A stretch of DNA of 64,000 bases. Origin: Haplodiscus bocki. Its lineage: Eukaryota. The stretch covers positions 21,638,001 to 21,702,000 of the forward strand of contig OZ296652.1 of the NCBI GenBank assembly GCA_965655095.1, read 5' to 3'. The stretch's first letter is position 1; every line of letters begins with the position of its first letter. Below, piece after piece: positions 52,301 through 64,000 of the stretch. The notes below the pieces were generated by a model. It was not told the origin of the DNA. It saw only the letters and a list, made by a program, of their open reading frames with translations, and made no database searches. The position numbers and the translations under genes are program-made.

Positions 52301-55300
52301 AGATAACTTTCATCCTGCAGCGATTTGAACGTTGCTTTTCGTTTAATTATCATGGATCGCAAACTTTCCCAGTGATAATTGAATTTCTGCAGTCAAATGT
52401 AATGTTTCCTTCTTTTTTTCTGTGAAGTAGTTTTTTTCGTATACAGCAGAGCATTTTTTAAGGTTTTTGACGACACATTAGTTCATTAGTTGGCGACACG
52501 TAAGATTTTGTCCAAGGACCAGCTGAAAAAACATTATGGCAAGTGGAGTACAAACCAGCCACTTTCAATTTTGAGTCACGTTGGAAAAATTATCGAGAGG
52601 TAACAATGTATTCGACTATGACAACCTAATAACCTAATGAGAAAATCAAAAAATTTGTTAGGAAAACACTATGGCAAATGGAAAAAAAGCCAGCCACTTT
52701 CAACTTTGAGTCGCGTTGGTAAATTTTTTGAGAGATAACAATGTTGTCTCTCATTGAGAGGTTATGACAACCTATTGAGGAAATGAAAAAACTTGTTAGG
52801 AAAAAGAATTGTTTTAACGAGACGTAAAGTATGGAGACCTATAAACTAGCACGAAATGACAGCTGGAAGAGAATAAAAACGAAAATCACGGAGAAATTTT
52901 CCATGAACCTTGACTGTTTTTCCATTGGATCTTGTGAAAACTGATGGGATGGTATACAAAATACAAATTGGTACAAGTTGGACTAACAGGTCTAACAACA
53001 AAACAGATAACTTTCATCCTGCAGCGTTTTGAGCGTTGCTTTTCGTTTAATTATCATGGATCGCAAACTTTCTCAGTGATAATTGAAATTCTGCAGTCAA
53101 ATGTAATGTTTCTTTCTTTTTTTTCTATAAAGTAGTTATTTTCGTATACAGCAGATTATTTTCAAGGTTTTTGACGACACATTAGTTCATTAGTTGACGA
53201 CACGTAATATTTTGTCCAAGGACAAGCTGAAAAAACAATAAGGCAAAAGGAGTACAAACCAGCCACTTTCAACTTTGAGTCACGTTGGAAAAATTATCGA
53301 GAAGTAACAATGTATTCGACTATGACAACCTATTAGCCTAATGAGGAAATCAAAAAAATTGTTAAGAAAACATTATGGCAAATGGAAAAGAAGCCAGCCA
53401 CTTTCAACTTTGAGTAACGTTGGTAAAATTTTTGAGAGATAACAATGTTGTCTCTCATTGAGAGATTATGACAACCTATTGAGGAAATGAAAAAACTTGT
53501 TAGGAAAAAGAATTGTTTTAACGAGACGTAAAGTATGGAGACCTATAAACTAGCACGAAATGACAGCTGGAAGAGAATAAAAACGAAAATCACGGAGAAA
53601 TTTTCCATGAACCTTGACTGTTTTTCCATTGGATCTTGTGAAAACTGATGGGATGGTATACAAAATACAAATTGGTACAAGTTGGATTAACAGATCTAAC
53701 AGCAAAACAGATAACTTTCATCCTGCAGCGATTTGAACGTTGCTTTTCGTTTAATTATCATGGATCGCAAACTTTCCCAGTGATAATTGAATTTCTGCAG
53801 TCAAATGTAATGTTTCCTTCTTTTTTTCTGTGAAGTAGTTTTTTTCGTATACAGCAGAGCATTTTTTAAGGTTTTTGACGACACATTAGTTCATTAGTTG
53901 ACGACACGTAAGATTTTGTCCAAGTACCAGCTGAAAAAACATTATAGCAAGTGGAGTACAAACCAGCCACTTTCAATTTTAAGTCACGTTGGAAAAATTA
54001 TCGAGAGGTAACAATGTATTCGACTATGACAACCTAATAACCTAATGAGAAAATCAAAAAATTTGTTAGGAAAACACTGTGGCAAATGGAAAAAAAGGCA
54101 GCCACTTTCAACTTTGAGTCGCGTTGGTAAATTTTTTGAGAAATATTAATGTTGTCTCTCATTGAGAGGTTATGACAACCTATTGAGGAAATGAAAAAAC
54201 TTGTTAGGAAAAAGAATTGTTTTAACGAGACGTAAAGTATGGAGACCTATAAACTAGCACGAAATGACAGCTGGAAGAGAATAAAAACAAAAATCACGGA
54301 GAAATTTTCCATGAACCTTGACTGTTTTTCCATTGGATCTTGTGAAAACTGAAGGGATGGTATACAAAATACAAATTGGTACAAGTTGGACTAACAGGTC
54401 TAACAACAAAACAGATAACTTTCATCCTGCAGCGTTTTGAGCGTTGCTTTTCGTTTAATTATCATGGATCGCAAACTTTCTCAGTGATAATTGAAATTCT
54501 GCAGTCAAATGTAATGTTTCTTTCTTTTTTTCTATAAAGTAGTTATTTTCGTATACAGCAGATTATTTTCAAGGTTTTTGACGACACATTAGTTCATTAG
54601 TTGACGACACGTAATATTTTGTCCAAGGACCAGCTGAAAAAAACACTATGGCAAAAGGAAAAGAAGCCAGCCACTTTCAATTTTGAGTCACTTTGCTGTA
54701 ATTATCGAGAGGTAACGATGTATTCGACTATGACAACCTAATAACCTAATGAGGAAATCAAAAAATTTGTTAGGAAAACACTATGGCAAATGGAACAAAA
54801 GCCAGCCACTTTCAACTTTGAGTCACGTTGGTAAAATTTTTGAGAGATAACAATGTTGTCTCTCCTTGAGAGATTAAGTCAACCTATTGAGGAAATGAAA
54901 AAACTTGTTAGGAAAAAGAATTGTTTGAACGAGACGTAAAGAATGGAAACCTCTAAACTAGCACGAAATGACAGCTGGAAGAGAATAAAAACGAAAATCA
55001 CGGAGAAATTTTCCATGAGCATTAAGTGATTTTTCATTTGATCTTGTGAAGACTGATGGGATGGTATACAAATTGGTACAGGTTGGACTAACATGTCTAA
55101 CACCAAAACAGATAACTTTCATCCTGCCGCGATTTGAGCGTTGCTTTTCGTTTAATTATCATGGATCGCAAACTTTCCCAGTGATAACTGAAATACTGCA
55201 GTCAAATGTCATGTTTCTTTCCTTTTTTCTGTAAAGTAGTTTTTTTCGTATACAGCAGAGCATTTTTAAAGGTTTTTGACGACACATTAGTTCATTAGTT

Positions 55301-58300
55301 GGCGACACGTAAGATTTTGTCCAAGGATCAGCTGAAAAAACATTATGGCAAGTGGAGTACAAACCAGCCACTTTCATTTTTGAGTCACGTTGGAAAAATT
55401 ATCGAGAGGTAACAATGTATTCGACTATGACAACCTAATAACCTAATGAGAAAATCAAAAAATTTGTTAGGAAAACACTATTGCAAATGGAAAAAAAAGC
55501 CAGCCACTTTCAACTTTGAGTCAAGTTGGTAAATTTTTTGAGAGATAACAATTTTGTCTCTCATTGAGAGATTATGACAACCTATTGAGGAAATGAAAAA
55601 ACTTGTTAGGAAAAAGAATTGCTTGAACGAGACGTAAAGTATGGAGACCTCTATACTAGCACGAAATGACAGCTGGAAGAGAATAAAAACGAAAGTCACG
55701 GAGAAATTTTCCTTGAACATTGACTGATTTTCCATTTGATGTTGTGAAGACTGATGGGATGGTATAGAAAATGGTACAGGTTGGATTAACAGATCTAACA
55801 GCAAAACAGATAACTTTCATCCTGCAGCGATTTGAACGTTGCTTTTCGTTTAATTATCATGGATCGCAAACTTTCCCAGTGATAATTGAAAATCTGCAGT
55901 CAAATGTAATGTTTCCTTCTTTTTTTCTGTGAAGTAGTTTTCTTCGTATACAGCAGAGCATTTTTCAAGGTTTTTGACGACACATTAGTTCATTAGTTGA
56001 CGACACGTAAGATTTTGTCCAAGGACCAGCTGAAAAAACATTATGGCAAGTGGAGTACAAACCAGCCACTTTCAATTTTGAGTCACGTTGGAAAAATTAT
56101 CGAGAGGTAACAATGTATTCGACTATGACAACCTAATAACCTAATGAGAAAATCAAAAAATTTGTTAGGAAAACACTATGGCAAATGGAAAAAAAGCCAG
56201 CCACTTTCAACTTTGAGTCGCGTTGGTAAATTTTTTGAGAGATAACAATGTTGTCTCTCATTGAGAGGTTATGACAACCTATTGAGGAAATGAAAAAACT
56301 TGTTAGGAAAAAGAATTGTTTTAACGAGACGTAAAGTATGGAGACCTCTAAACTAGCACGAAATGACAGCTGGAAGTGAATAAAAACGAAAATCAGGGAG
56401 AAATTTTCCATGAACATTGACTGATTTTCCATTTTATCTTGTGAAAACTGATGGGATGGTATACAAAATACAAATTGGTACAAGTTGGACTAACAGGTCT
56501 AACACAAAAATAGATAACTTTCATCCTGCAGCGATTTGAGCGTTGCTTTTCGTTTAATTATCATGGGTCGCAAACTTTCCCAGTGATAACTGAAATTCTG
56601 CAGTCAAATGTAATGTTTCCTTCTTTTTTCTGTAAAGTAGTTTTTTTCGTATACAACAGAGCATTTTTCAAGGTTTTTGACGACACATTAGTTCATTAGT
56701 TGATGACACGTAAGATTTTGTCCAAGGACCAGCTGAAAAATCAATATGGCAAATGGAGTACAAACCAGCCACTTTCAATTTTGAGTCACGTTGGAAAAAA
56801 TATCGAGAGGTAACAATGTATTCGACTATGACAACCTAATAAACTAATGAGAAAATCAAAAAATTTGTTAGGAAAACACTGTGGCAAATGGAAAAAAAGC
56901 CAGCCACTTTCAACTTTGAGTCACGTTGGTAGATTTTTTGAGAGATAACAATGTTGCCTCTCATTGAGAGATTATGAAAACCTATTGAGGAAATGAAAGA
57001 ACTTGTTAGGAAAAAGAATTGCTTGAACGAGACGTAAAGTATGGAGACCTCTATACTAGCACGAAATGACAGCTGGAAGAGAATGAAAACGAAAATCACG
57101 GAGAAATTTTCCTTGAACATTGACCGATTTTCCATTTGATGTTGTGAAGACTGATGGGATGGTATAGAAATTGGTACAGGTTGGACTAACAGGTCTAACA
57201 GCAAAACAGATAAACTTCATCCTGCAGCGATTTGGGCGTTGCTTTTCGTTTAATTATCATGGATCGCAGACTTCCCCAGTGATAATTGAAATTCCGCAGG
57301 CAAATGTAATGTTTCCTTCTTTTTTTCTGTAAAATAGTTTTTTTCGTATAGAGCAGAGCGTTTTTGAAGATTTTTTACGACAAATTGTTTCGTTAGTTGA
57401 CGACACGTAAGATTTTATCCAAGGACCAGCTGAAAAAACACTATGGCAAAGGGAAAAGAAGCCAGCCACTTTCAATTTTGAGTCACTTTGGTGAAATTAT
57501 CGAGAGGTAAAAATGTATTCGACTATGACAACCTAATAACCTAATGAGGAAATCAAAAAATTTGTTAGGAAAACACTATGGCAAATGGAAAAAAAGCCAG
57601 CCACTTTCAACTTTGAGTCACGTTGGTAACTTTTTCGAGAGATAACAATGTTGTCTCTCATTGAGAGATTATGACAACCTATTGTGGAAATGAAAAAACT
57701 TGTTAGGAAAAAGAATTGCTTGAACGAGACGTAAAGTATGGAGACCTCTATACTAGCACGAAATGACAGCTGGAAGAGAGAAAAAACGAAAGTCACGGAG
57801 AAATTTTCCTTGAACATCGACTGATTTTCGATTTGATGTTGTGAAGACTGATGGGATGGGATAGAAATTGGTACAGGTTGGACTAACAGATCTAACAGCA
57901 AAACAGATAACTTTCATCCTGCAGCGATTTTAGCGTTGCTTTTCGTTTAATTATCATGGATCGCAAATTTTCCCAGTGATAATTGAAATTCTGCAGTCAA
58001 ATGTATTGTTTCTTTCTTTTTTTTCTATAAAGTAGTTATTTTCGTATACAGCAGATTATTTTCAAGATTTTTGACGACACATTAGGTCATTAGTTGACGA
58101 CACGTAATATTTTGTCCAACGACAAGCTGAAAAAACACTATGACAAATGGAGTACAAACCATTCACTTTCAACATTGAGTGTTATTGGAAAAATTATCGA
58201 GAAGTAACAATGTATTCGACTTTGACAACCTATTAGCCTAATGAGGAAATCAAAAAAATTGTTAAGAAAACATTATGGCAAATGGAAAAGAAGCCAGCCA

Positions 58301-61300
58301 CTTTCAACTTTGAGTAACGTTGGTAAAATTTTTGAGAGATAACAATGTTGTCTCTCATTGAGAGATTATGACAACCTATTGAGGAAATGAAAAAACTTGT
58401 TAGGAAAAAGAATTGTTTTAACGAGACGTAAAGTATGGAGAACTCTATACTAGCACGAAAAAGCAGCTGGAAGAGAAAAAAACCGAAAGTCACGGAGAAA
58501 TTTTCCTTGAACATTGACTGATTTTCGATTTGATGTTGTGAAGACTGATGGGATGGGATAGAAAATGGTACAGGTTGGACTAACAGATCTAACAGCAAAA
58601 CAGATAACTTTCATCCTGCAGCGATTTTAGCGTTGCTTTTCGTTTAATTATCATGGATCGCAAACTTTCCCAGTGATAACTGAAATTCTGCAGTCAAATG
58701 TAATGTTTCTTTCTTTTTTTTCTACAAAGTAGTTATTTTCGTATACAGCAGATTATTTTCAAGATTTTTGACGACACATTAGGTCATTAGTTGACGACAC
58801 GTAATATTTTGTCCAACGACAAGCTGAAAAAACACTATGACAAATGGAGTACAAACCATTCACTTTCAACATTGAGTGTTGTTGGAAAAATTATCGAGAA
58901 CTAACAATGTATTCGACTATGACAACCTAATAACCTAATGAGAAAATCAAAAAATTTGTTAGGAAAACACTATGGCAAAGTGAAAAAAAGCCAACTACTT
59001 TCAACTTTGAGTCACGTTGGTAAAAATTTTGAAAGATAACAATGTTGTCTCTCATTGAGAGATTTTGACAACCTATTGAGGAAATGAAAAATATTGTTAG
59101 GAAAAAGAATTGTTTTAACGAGACGTAAAGTATGGAGACCTCTAAACTAGCACGAAATGACAGCTGGAAGAGAATAAAAACGAAAATCAGGGAGAAATTT
59201 TCCATGAACATTGACTGATTTTCCATTTGATCTTGTGAAAACTGATGGGATGGTATACAAAATACAAATTGGTACAAGTGGTACAAGTTGGACTAACAGG
59301 TCTAACACAAAAACAGATAACTTTCATCCTGCAGCGATTTGAGCGTTGATTTTCGTTCAATTATCATGGGTCGCAAACTTTCCCGGTGATAACAGAAATT
59401 CTGCAGTCAAACGTAATGTTTCCTTCTTTTTTCTGTAAAGTAGTTTTTTTTGTATACAACAGAGCACTTTTCAAGGTTTTTGACGACACATTAGTTCATT
59501 AATTGACGACACGTAATATTTTGTCCAACGACAAGCTGAAAAAACACTATGACAAATGGAGTACAACCCATTCACTTTCAACTTTGAGTGTTGTTGGAAA
59601 AATTATCGAGAAGTAACAATGTATTCGACTATGACAACCTAATAACCTAATGAGGAAATCAAAAAATTTGTTAGGAAAACATCATGGCAAATGGAAAAAA
59701 AGCCAGCCACTTTCAACTTTGAATCACGTTGGTAAAATTTTTGAAAGATAACAATGTTGTCTCTCATTGAGAGATTATGACAACCTATTGAGGAAATGAA
59801 AAAACTTGTTAGGAAAAAGAATTTTTTTAACGAGACGTAAAGTATGGAGACCTCTAAACTAGCACGAAATGACAGCTGGAAGAGAGTAAAAACGAAAATC
59901 AGGGAGAAATTTTGCATGAACATTGACTGATTTTCCATTTGATCTTGTGAAACTGATGGGATGGTATACAAAATACAAATCGGTACAAGTTGGACTAACA
60001 GGTCTAACACCAAAACAGATAACTTTCATCCTGCAGCGATTTGGGCGTTGCTTTTCGTTTAATTATCATGGATCGCAGACTTCCCCAGTGATAATTGAAA
60101 TTCCGCAGTCAAATGTAATGTTTCCTTCTTTTTTTCTGTAAAATAGTTATTTTCGTATAGAGCAGAGCGTTTTTGAAGATTTTTTGCGACAAATTATTTC
60201 GTTAGTTGACGACACGTAAGTTTTATCCCAGGACCAGCTGAAAAAACACTATGGCAAAGGGAAAAGAAGCCAGCCACTTTCAATTTTGAGTCACTTTGGT
60301 GAAATTATCGAGAGGTGAAAATGTATTCGACTATGACAACCTAATAACCTAATGAGGAAATCAAAAAATTTGTTAGGAAAACACTATGGCAAATGGAAAA
60401 AAAGCCAGCCACGTTCAACTTTGAGTCACGTTGGTAAATTTTTTGAAATATAGCAATGTTGTCTCTCATTGAGAGATTATGACAACCTAATGAGGAAATG
60501 AAAAAACTTGTTAGGAAAAAGAATTGTTTGAACGAGACGTAAAGAATGGAAACCTCTAAACTAGCACGAAATGACAGCTGGAAGAGAATAAAAACGAAAA
60601 TCACGGAGAAATTTTCCATGAGCATTAAGTGATTTTTCATTTGATCTTGTGAAGACTGATGGGATGGTATACAAATTGGTACAGGTTGGACTAACAGGTC
60701 TAACACCAAAACAGATAACTTTCATCCTGCAGCGATTTGAGCGTTGCTTTTCGTTTAATTATCATGGATCGCAAACTTTCCCAGTGATAACTGAAATTCT
60801 GCAGTCAAATGTAATTTTTCCTTCTTTTTTTCTGTAAAGTAGTTATTTTCGTATACAGCAGAGCAATGTTCAAGGTTTTTGACGACACATTAGTTCATTA
60901 CTTGACGACACGTAAGATTTTGTCCAACGACAAGCTGAAAAAACAATATGGCAAATGGAGTACAAACCAGCCACTTTCAATTCTGTGTCACGTTGGAAAA
61001 ATTATCGAGAGGTAGCAATGTACTCGACTATGACAACCTAATAACCTAATGAGAAAATCAAAAAGTTTGTTGGGAAAACACTATGGCAAATGGAAAAAAA
61101 GCCAGCCGCTTTCAACTTTGAGTCACGTTGTTAAAATTTTTGAAAGATAACAATGTTGTCTCTCATTGAGAGATTATGACAACCTGTTGAGGAAATGAAG
61201 AAAATTGTTAGGAAAAAGAATTGCTTGAACGAGACGTAAAGTATGGAGACCTCTATACTAGCACGAAATGACAGCTGGAAGAGAATAAAAACGAAAGTCA

Positions 61301-64000
61301 CGGAGAAATTTTCCTTGAACATTGACTGATTTTCCATTTGATCTTGTGAAGACTGATGGGATGGTATAGAAATTGTTACAGGTTCGACTAACAGGTCTAA
61401 CAGCAAAACAGATAAACTTCATCCTGCAGCGATTTGAGCGTTGCTTTTCGTTCAATTATCATGGATCGCAGACTTTCCCAGTGATAAGTGAAATTCTGCA
61501 GTCGATTGTACTGTTTCCTACTTTTTTTCTGTAAAGTAGTTATTTTCGTATACAGCAGAGCATTTTTGAAGATTTTTTACGACACAATATTTCAATAATT
61601 GACGACACGTAAGATTTCATCCAAGGACCAGCTGAAAAAACACTATGGCATAGGGAAAAAAAGCCAGCCACTTTCAATTTTGAGTCACTTCGGTAAAATT
61701 ATAGAGAGGTAACAATGTATTCGTCTATGACAACCTAATAACCTAATGAGGAAATCATAAAATTTGTTAGGAAAACACTATGGCAAATGGAAAAAAAGCC
61801 AGGCACTTTCAACTTTGAGTCACGTTGTTAAAATTTTTGAGAGATAACAATGTTGTCTCTCATTGAGAGATTATGACAACCTATTGAGGAAATGAAAAAA
61901 CTTGTTAGGAAAAAGAATTGCTTGAACGAGACGTAAAGTATGGAGACCTCTATACTAGCACGAAATGACAGCTGGAAGAGAATAAAAACGAAAATCAAGG
62001 AGAAATTTTTCATGAACAGTGACTGATTTTCCATTTGATCTTGTGAAGACTGATGGGATGGTGTAGAAATTGGTACAGGTTGGACTAACAGGTCTAACAG
62101 CAAAACAGATAAATTTCATCCTGCAGCGACTTGAGCTTTTCTTTTCGTTTAATTATCATGGATCGCAGACTTTCCCAGTGATAATTGAAATTCTGCAGTC
62201 AAATGTAATGTTTCCTTCTTTTTTTCTGTAAAGTAGTTATTTTTGTATAGAGCAGAGCATTTTTGAAGAATTTTAACGACACATTATTTCATTAGTTGAC
62301 GACACGTAAGATTTTGTCCAAGGACCAGCTGAAAAAACACTATGGCAAACGGAGTACAAACCAGCCACTTTCAACTTTGAGTCACTGTGGAAAAGTTATT
62401 GAGAGTTGACAATGGATACAACTATGACACTCTATTGGGGAAATCAAAAAGCTTGGTAGGAAAAAGAAGTGTTTGAACAAAACGTAAAACATAGAAACCT
62501 CCAATACGAGCACGAAATGACAGCTGGAAGAGAACAAAAACGAAAGTCACGCAGAGTTTTTACATGCGCCTTGACTTAGATTCCATTTGATCTCGTGAAG
62601 ACTAATAGGATGGTACACAAAGTGGTACAGGTTGGAGTAACAGGTCCCTGATAACTTTTTTCCTAAGGGGAATTGAGTGTTCCATTGCATTTCATTATCA
62701 TGGATCGCAGGCTTTCCCAGTGATAATTGAACTTCTGCAGTGAAATGAAGTGTTTCCCTATTTTTCTCTGTATGTTAGTGACTTCCTTATACAGCAGAGC
62801 ATTTACAAGATTTTTGATGACACATTATTTCAATAGTTGGCGAAACGTAAGATTTTGTCCAAGGACCAGATGGAAAAACACTATGGCAAATGGAGTACAA
62901 ACCATCCACTTTCAAATTTGAGTCACGTTGGGAAAAATTGTCGAGAGGTAACAATGTAAACGACAATGACAACCTAATGAGGAAATCAAAAAATTTTCTG
63001 GGGAAAACACTATGGCAAATGGAGTAAAAGCCAGCCATTTTCATTTTTGAAACACGTTGGTAAAAGTATTGAGAGATAACAATGTATACGACTATGACAA
63101 CGTAATGAGGAAAATCAAAAAGCTTGTTGGGAAAGAAAGTGTTTGAAGAAGACGCAATAGATGGAGACCTCTATACTAGCACGAAATGACAGCTGGAAGA
63201 GAATAAAAACGAAAGTCACGGAGAAATTTTCCTTGAACATTGACTGATTTTCCATTTGATCTTGTGAAGACTGATGGGATGGTATAGAAATTGTTACAGG
63301 TTCGACTAACAGGTCTAACAGCAAAACAGATAAACTTCATCCTGCAGCGATTTGAGCGTTGCTTTTCGTTCAATTATCATGGATCGCAGACTTTCCCAGT
63401 GATAAGTGAAATTCTGCAGTCGATTGTACTGTTTCCTACTTTTTTTCTGTAAAATAGTTATTTTCGTATAGAGCAGAGCGTTTTTGAAGATTTTTTGCGA
63501 CAAATTATTTCGTTAGTTGACGACACGTAAGTTTTATCCCAGGACCAGCTGAAAAAACACTATGGCAAAGGGAAAAGAAGCCAGCCACTTTCAATTTTGA
63601 GTCACTTTGGTGAAATTATCGAGAGGTGAAAATGTATTCGACTATGACAACCTAATAACCTAATGAGGAAATCAAAAAATTTGTTAGGAAAACACTATGG
63701 CAAATGGAAAAAAAGCCAGCCACGTTCAACTTTGAGTCACGTTGGTAAATTTTTTGAAATACAGCAATGTTGTCTCTCATTGAGAGATTATGACAACCTA
63801 ATGAGGAAATGAAAAAACTTGTTAGGAAAAAGAATTGTTTGAACGAGACGTAAAGAATGGAGACCTCTAAACTAGCACAAAATGACAGCTGGAAGAGAAT
63901 AGAAACGAAAGTCACGGAGAAAGTTTCAATGAGCATTGACTGTTTTTCCATTTGATCTTGTGAAGACTGATGGGATGGTATACAAATTGGTACAGGTTGG

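Larger units (their letters stand above)
30236..64000. repeat. Tandem satellite array, about 49 monomers of about 697 bp (range about 552-790 bp), continuing past the window end
   Basis: The marker gtgaa(g/a)actgatgggatggta recurs about every 697-704 bp from about 30473 to 63962 (49 occurrences counted by eye), all in one orientation. The repeated near-identical ORFs in the track show the same period. Confidence 0.98.

Noticed and set aside
30244-63951. Recurring 116-144 aa hydrophobic minus-strand ORFs and 60-85 aa plus-strand ORFs as a tandem gene family
   Set aside because: They follow from repeating one T-rich monomer. Starts are often non-ATG, and indels and stops break many copies (about 40.9, 43.0 and 52-54.8 kb). 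There is no recognisable domain. A dN/dS test or Ribo-seq could reopen this.
30236-64000. CRISPR array, rDNA/5S, snRNA or tRNA tandem cluster
   Set aside because: No unique spacers and no recognisable rRNA, snRNA or tRNA motifs; the context is eukaryotic with spliceosomal introns.

Overview
AT-rich eukaryotic (probably invertebrate animal) genomic DNA in two parts. The first 30.2 kb holds the last three coding exons of a gene ending in a CAP-Gly domain (137-312, 510-555, 5153-5219). Its last intron contains a decayed but complete hAT transposon. Then comes a run of decayed transposons: a CCCAG-ended non-autonomous TIR family in three copies, a MULE transposase relic, a Ty3/gypsy-like gag relic, and possible piggyBac and Helitron relics. 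This part also has a 5.6-kb imperfect palindrome (14967-20585) around a pogo-like element and a possible decayed RING/TRIM-like gene. From about 30236 to the window end is a tandem satellite of about 49 monomers of about 697 bp. It shows higher-order repeats (4-mer 2884 bp, 2-mer 1487 bp, 3-mer 2089 bp), an internal about 135-bp sub-repeat, a fixed fold-back mutation, and older monomer forms near 62.3-63.2 kb. The many ORFs in the array are most likely by-products of the repeat. All alignments and motif calls were made by eye; no searches were run.
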